DNA of 32,000 nucleotides, taken from Pasteurella multocida (GTDB lineage: Bacteria > Pseudomonadota > Gammaproteobacteria > Enterobacterales > Pasteurellaceae). Location: the NCBI RefSeq assembly GCF_900187275.1, contig NZ_LT906458.1, forward strand, positions 360,001-392,000, in the 5' to 3' direction. Positions 29,969 to 32,000 of this stretch are shown here, in pieces (within the stretch, counting starts at the first letter, position 1; each line of letters starts with the position of its first letter). The notes under the pieces are model-generated. The model was given only the letters and a program-made list of their open reading frames with translations, ran no database searches and was not told where the DNA came from. Made by a program: the position numbers and the translations under genes.

Positions 29969-30849
29969 TATTTTTCAAATCCTTTAACAATAGTGGAAAC
30001 AGTGGTATTTAATAAATCAATATAGGTTGGTACTGGTCCTTTAGCAGTAGATAAGGAATCTACATAAAGTACACCACCGTATTTTGCTCCCGTTTCTTTG
30101 GCAACTTGTTTTGCAGGTTTATCTGAAATGGTACTTTCACTGAACACCACAGGAATATTGTTTTTGCGTACTGTTTCAATTACATGACGCACTTGTTGTG
30201 GTGTGCCTTGTTCTTCCGCATTAATTGGCCATAAATACGCTTCTTGTAAGCCATAATCTTTTGCTAAGTAGCTGAAGGCGCCTTCACTGGTCACTAACCA
30301 ACGTTGACCTTCAGGAATTTTGGCGAGTTTTTCACGTAATGGTTGGTCTAATTGTTTGATTTTATTTGCATAATTTTCTGCATTCTTGACATAGATGTCG
30401 GCATTTTTCGGATCATATTTCACCAATGCATTTTTAATATTTTCAATATAAATTAAGGCATTTGATGTTGACATCCAAGCATGTGGATTTGGTGCATCTT
30501 TGTAAGGACCTTCATAAATTGAAATTGGCGTGATTCCTTGTGTCACAACGACAGCCGGTTTATCTTTCACGTTTTCGAAGAATTTTTCAAACCAACGCTC
30601 AAGATTTAAGCCATTCCATAAGACGAGATCGGCATGTTGTGCTTTGACGATATCTTTTGGTGTCGGTTCATAATCATGAATTTCCGCACCCGGTTTGGTA
30701 ATTGACTCAACAATGGCTGCATCACCAGCAACATTTTGAGCAATATCTTGAATCACAGTAAACGTAGTGACAACTTTGAATTTTGCAAACGCAGGCGATG
30801 TAAAAATACCTAACATAATTGCACTTAAAATAACAGTTAAGCGACGCAT
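29968..30849 (-). CDS. yfeA: Metal-binding periplasmic protein, cluster A-I (YfeA/SitA-like)
   Basis: Signal peptide, [66 protein letters not shown]. Confidence 0.94.
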   Translation of the reverse strand: MRRLTVILSAIMLGIFTSPAFAKFKVVTTFTVIQDIAQNVAGDAAIVESITKPGAEIHDYEPTPKDIVKAQHADLVLWNGLNLERWFEKFFENVKDKPAVVVTQGITPISIYEGPYKDAPNPHAWMSTSNALIYIENIKNALVKYDPKNADIYVKNAENYANKIKQLDQPLREKLAKIPEGQRWLVTSEGAFSYLAKDYGLQEAYLWPINAEEQGTPQQVRHVIETVRKNNIPVVFSESTISDKPAKQVAKETGAKYGGVLYVDSLSTAKGPVPTYIDLLNTTVSTIVKGFEK

Positions 30850-30922
30850 ATCATTTTCTCCTTAATGTTGTTGGTTAATAAAGTCGCCTCGCTATTCTAT
30901 GCTTAAAAAATAACTTTGTAAA

Positions 30923-30937
30923 TAAAAATGATTCTCA
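30923..30937 (-). promoter_or_regulatory. Candidate Fur-like box upstream of yfeA
   Basis: Minus strand TGAGAATCATTTTTA versus the 7-1-7 consensus TGATAATNATTATCA: 3 mismatches in 14 informative positions. Confidence 0.45.
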
Positions 30938-30961
30938 AATTTAAAAATTTAACTTTTTGAT

Positions 30962-31291
30962 TTATAAACATTTTGCTGGTTTAGGTAAGCCAGCTAGTTT
31001 TGTCGCTTGTTTTGCCGGTCCCTCAGGAAATAAACGTTGTAAATAACGACTGTTGCCTTTGTCTTCCCCCAGCTTCTGAGCCATGGCTTTGACTAGCATA
31101 CGAATGGCTGGTGAGGTTTTATATTCTTGATAAAATGCACGGACAAAATAAATCACTTCCCAATGGGCATCCGTTAAGTCGATATTTTCTTGTTGGGCGA
31201 TAGCACGCGCGATATCTTCGTCCCATTGTGTTAAGTCGAGTAAATAACCATACGCATCGGTTTCAATTTGTTGTTGATTGACTTCTATCAT
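30962..31291 (-). CDS. tusE: TusE/DsrC/DsvC-family sulfur relay protein
   Basis: [40 protein letters not shown] and terminal [19 protein letters not shown] with the conserved penultimate Cys. Confidence 0.94.
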   Translation of the reverse strand: MIEVNQQQIETDAYGYLLDLTQWDEDIARAIAQQENIDLTDAHWEVIYFVRAFYQEYKTSPAIRMLVKAMAQKLGEDKGNSRYLQRLFPEGPAKQATKLAGLPKPAKCL

Positions 31292-31330
31292 CTTTTTCTC
31301 AATTGACCTTATTTTTACGGCGTCATTATA

Positions 31331-31354
31331 GCAAAACGCCCCAAAAATGGGGCG
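31331..31354 (-). terminator. Terminator between the yccA-like gene and tusE
   Basis: CGCCCCA-aaaa-TGGGGCG, followed on the minus strand by TTTTGC. Confidence 0.85.
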
Positions 31355-31389
31355 CTTAATTTATCTATTAAATGGATTCGTATTTTAGA

Positions 31390-32000
31390 TTAATCTTCAT
31401 TGGATAAAATCGAGAAGATATTGAGTAAGCTAATAAATAAGTTATACAGTGATACGAAAATACTGACTGTTGCACGAATATAGTTGGTTTCACCGCCATG
31501 AATAATATTGCTGGTTTCGTAGAGAATACCCAAAGTAGAGAACACGACGAATAAACCACTGATGACAATGTAAAGCATTGGTGATTGGAAGAAGAAACTG
31601 GCAACTATACCGAGTAAGAGGACAATAAATAAAGCGAAAATGGTACCAGAAAGGAAAGACATGTCTTTCTTTGTCGTTAACACATAAGCTGAACAAGCAA
31701 AGAACACTGCCGCTGTGCCGGCAAGGGCTAAGACGACAATATCACCTGCACCGTGACTGACATAGACATTTAAAATTGGTCCTAATGTATAGCCTAAAAA
31801 GCCGGTAAATGCGAACGTAGAAAGAATCCCTAAACCACTGTTGGATAATTTATAAGTTAAAAATAATAAACCGTAGAAGCCTGCTAGCATCAAAATGAGA
31901 CCTGGGCGTGGTAAGTTTAGGCTCATTGAGATGTAAGCGACCACTGCTGAAAAAGCGAGGGTTAAACCTAATAAGAAATAAGTATTGCGTAACACTTTGT
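31390..32000 (-). CDS. yccA: Bax inhibitor-1/YccA family membrane protein (N-terminus beyond window edge)
   Basis: [28 protein letters not shown]...[19 protein letters not shown]...[31 protein letters not shown]. The track start at 31995 is an internal GTG; the frame stays open to the edge. Confidence 0.93.
   Translation of the reverse strand, partial: KVLRNTYFLLGLTLAFSAVVAYISMSLNLPRPGLILMLAGFYGLLFLTYKLSNSGLGILSTFAFTGFLGYTLGPILNVYVSHGAGDIVVLALAGTAAVFFACSAYVLTTKKDMSFLSGTIFALFIVLLLGIVASFFFQSPMLYIVISGLFVVFSTLGILYETSNIIHGGETNYIRATVSIFVSLYNLFISLLNIFSILSNED

Noticed and set aside
1-32000. Defence system, prophage, integrative element or toxin-antitoxin module
   Set aside because: Apart from the unidentified fragment at the left edge and the uncharacterised ORF at 260, all major ORFs match housekeeping, transport or envelope families. 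There is no integrase, transposase, tRNA-flanked insertion or paired small toxin-like ORFs.

Overview
The window looks like ordinary Pasteurellaceae core genome, most likely Pasteurella multocida. This rests on OmpH-type porins and many AAGTGCGGT uptake signal sequences; no database was searched. From left to right it contains: the 3' end of an unidentified CDS; an uncharacterised barrel-like ORF plus a SAM methyltransferase; glnE (-); a TPP riboswitch with thiBPQ and closely linked bioB (+); an NSS-family Na+ symporter, nth and rsxEGDCBA (-); two tandem OmpH-type porins (+); prmB (-); smrB (+) overlapping yccS (-); a yccF-like gene, mgsA and a DUF2057/YccT-like gene (-); acylphosphatase (+); a yfeDCBA/sit-type Mn/Fe ABC transporter (-); tusE (-); and a yccA/Bax inhibitor-1 family gene truncated by the right edge (-). 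I found no CRISPR array, transposon, prophage, toxin-antitoxin or defence island, and no convincing new multi-gene system. The most useful second-look items are: bioB apparently inside a TPP-riboswitch transcription unit; exact 144-bp tandem repeats in the 3' end of rsxC; two overlapping, mutually exclusive hairpins plus an orphan perfect CRP-like site in the 689-bp rsxA/ompH gap; a candidate Fur-like box upstream of yfeA; and at least 12 exact uptake sequences, most in coding DNA and preferentially encoding TAL or SAV.
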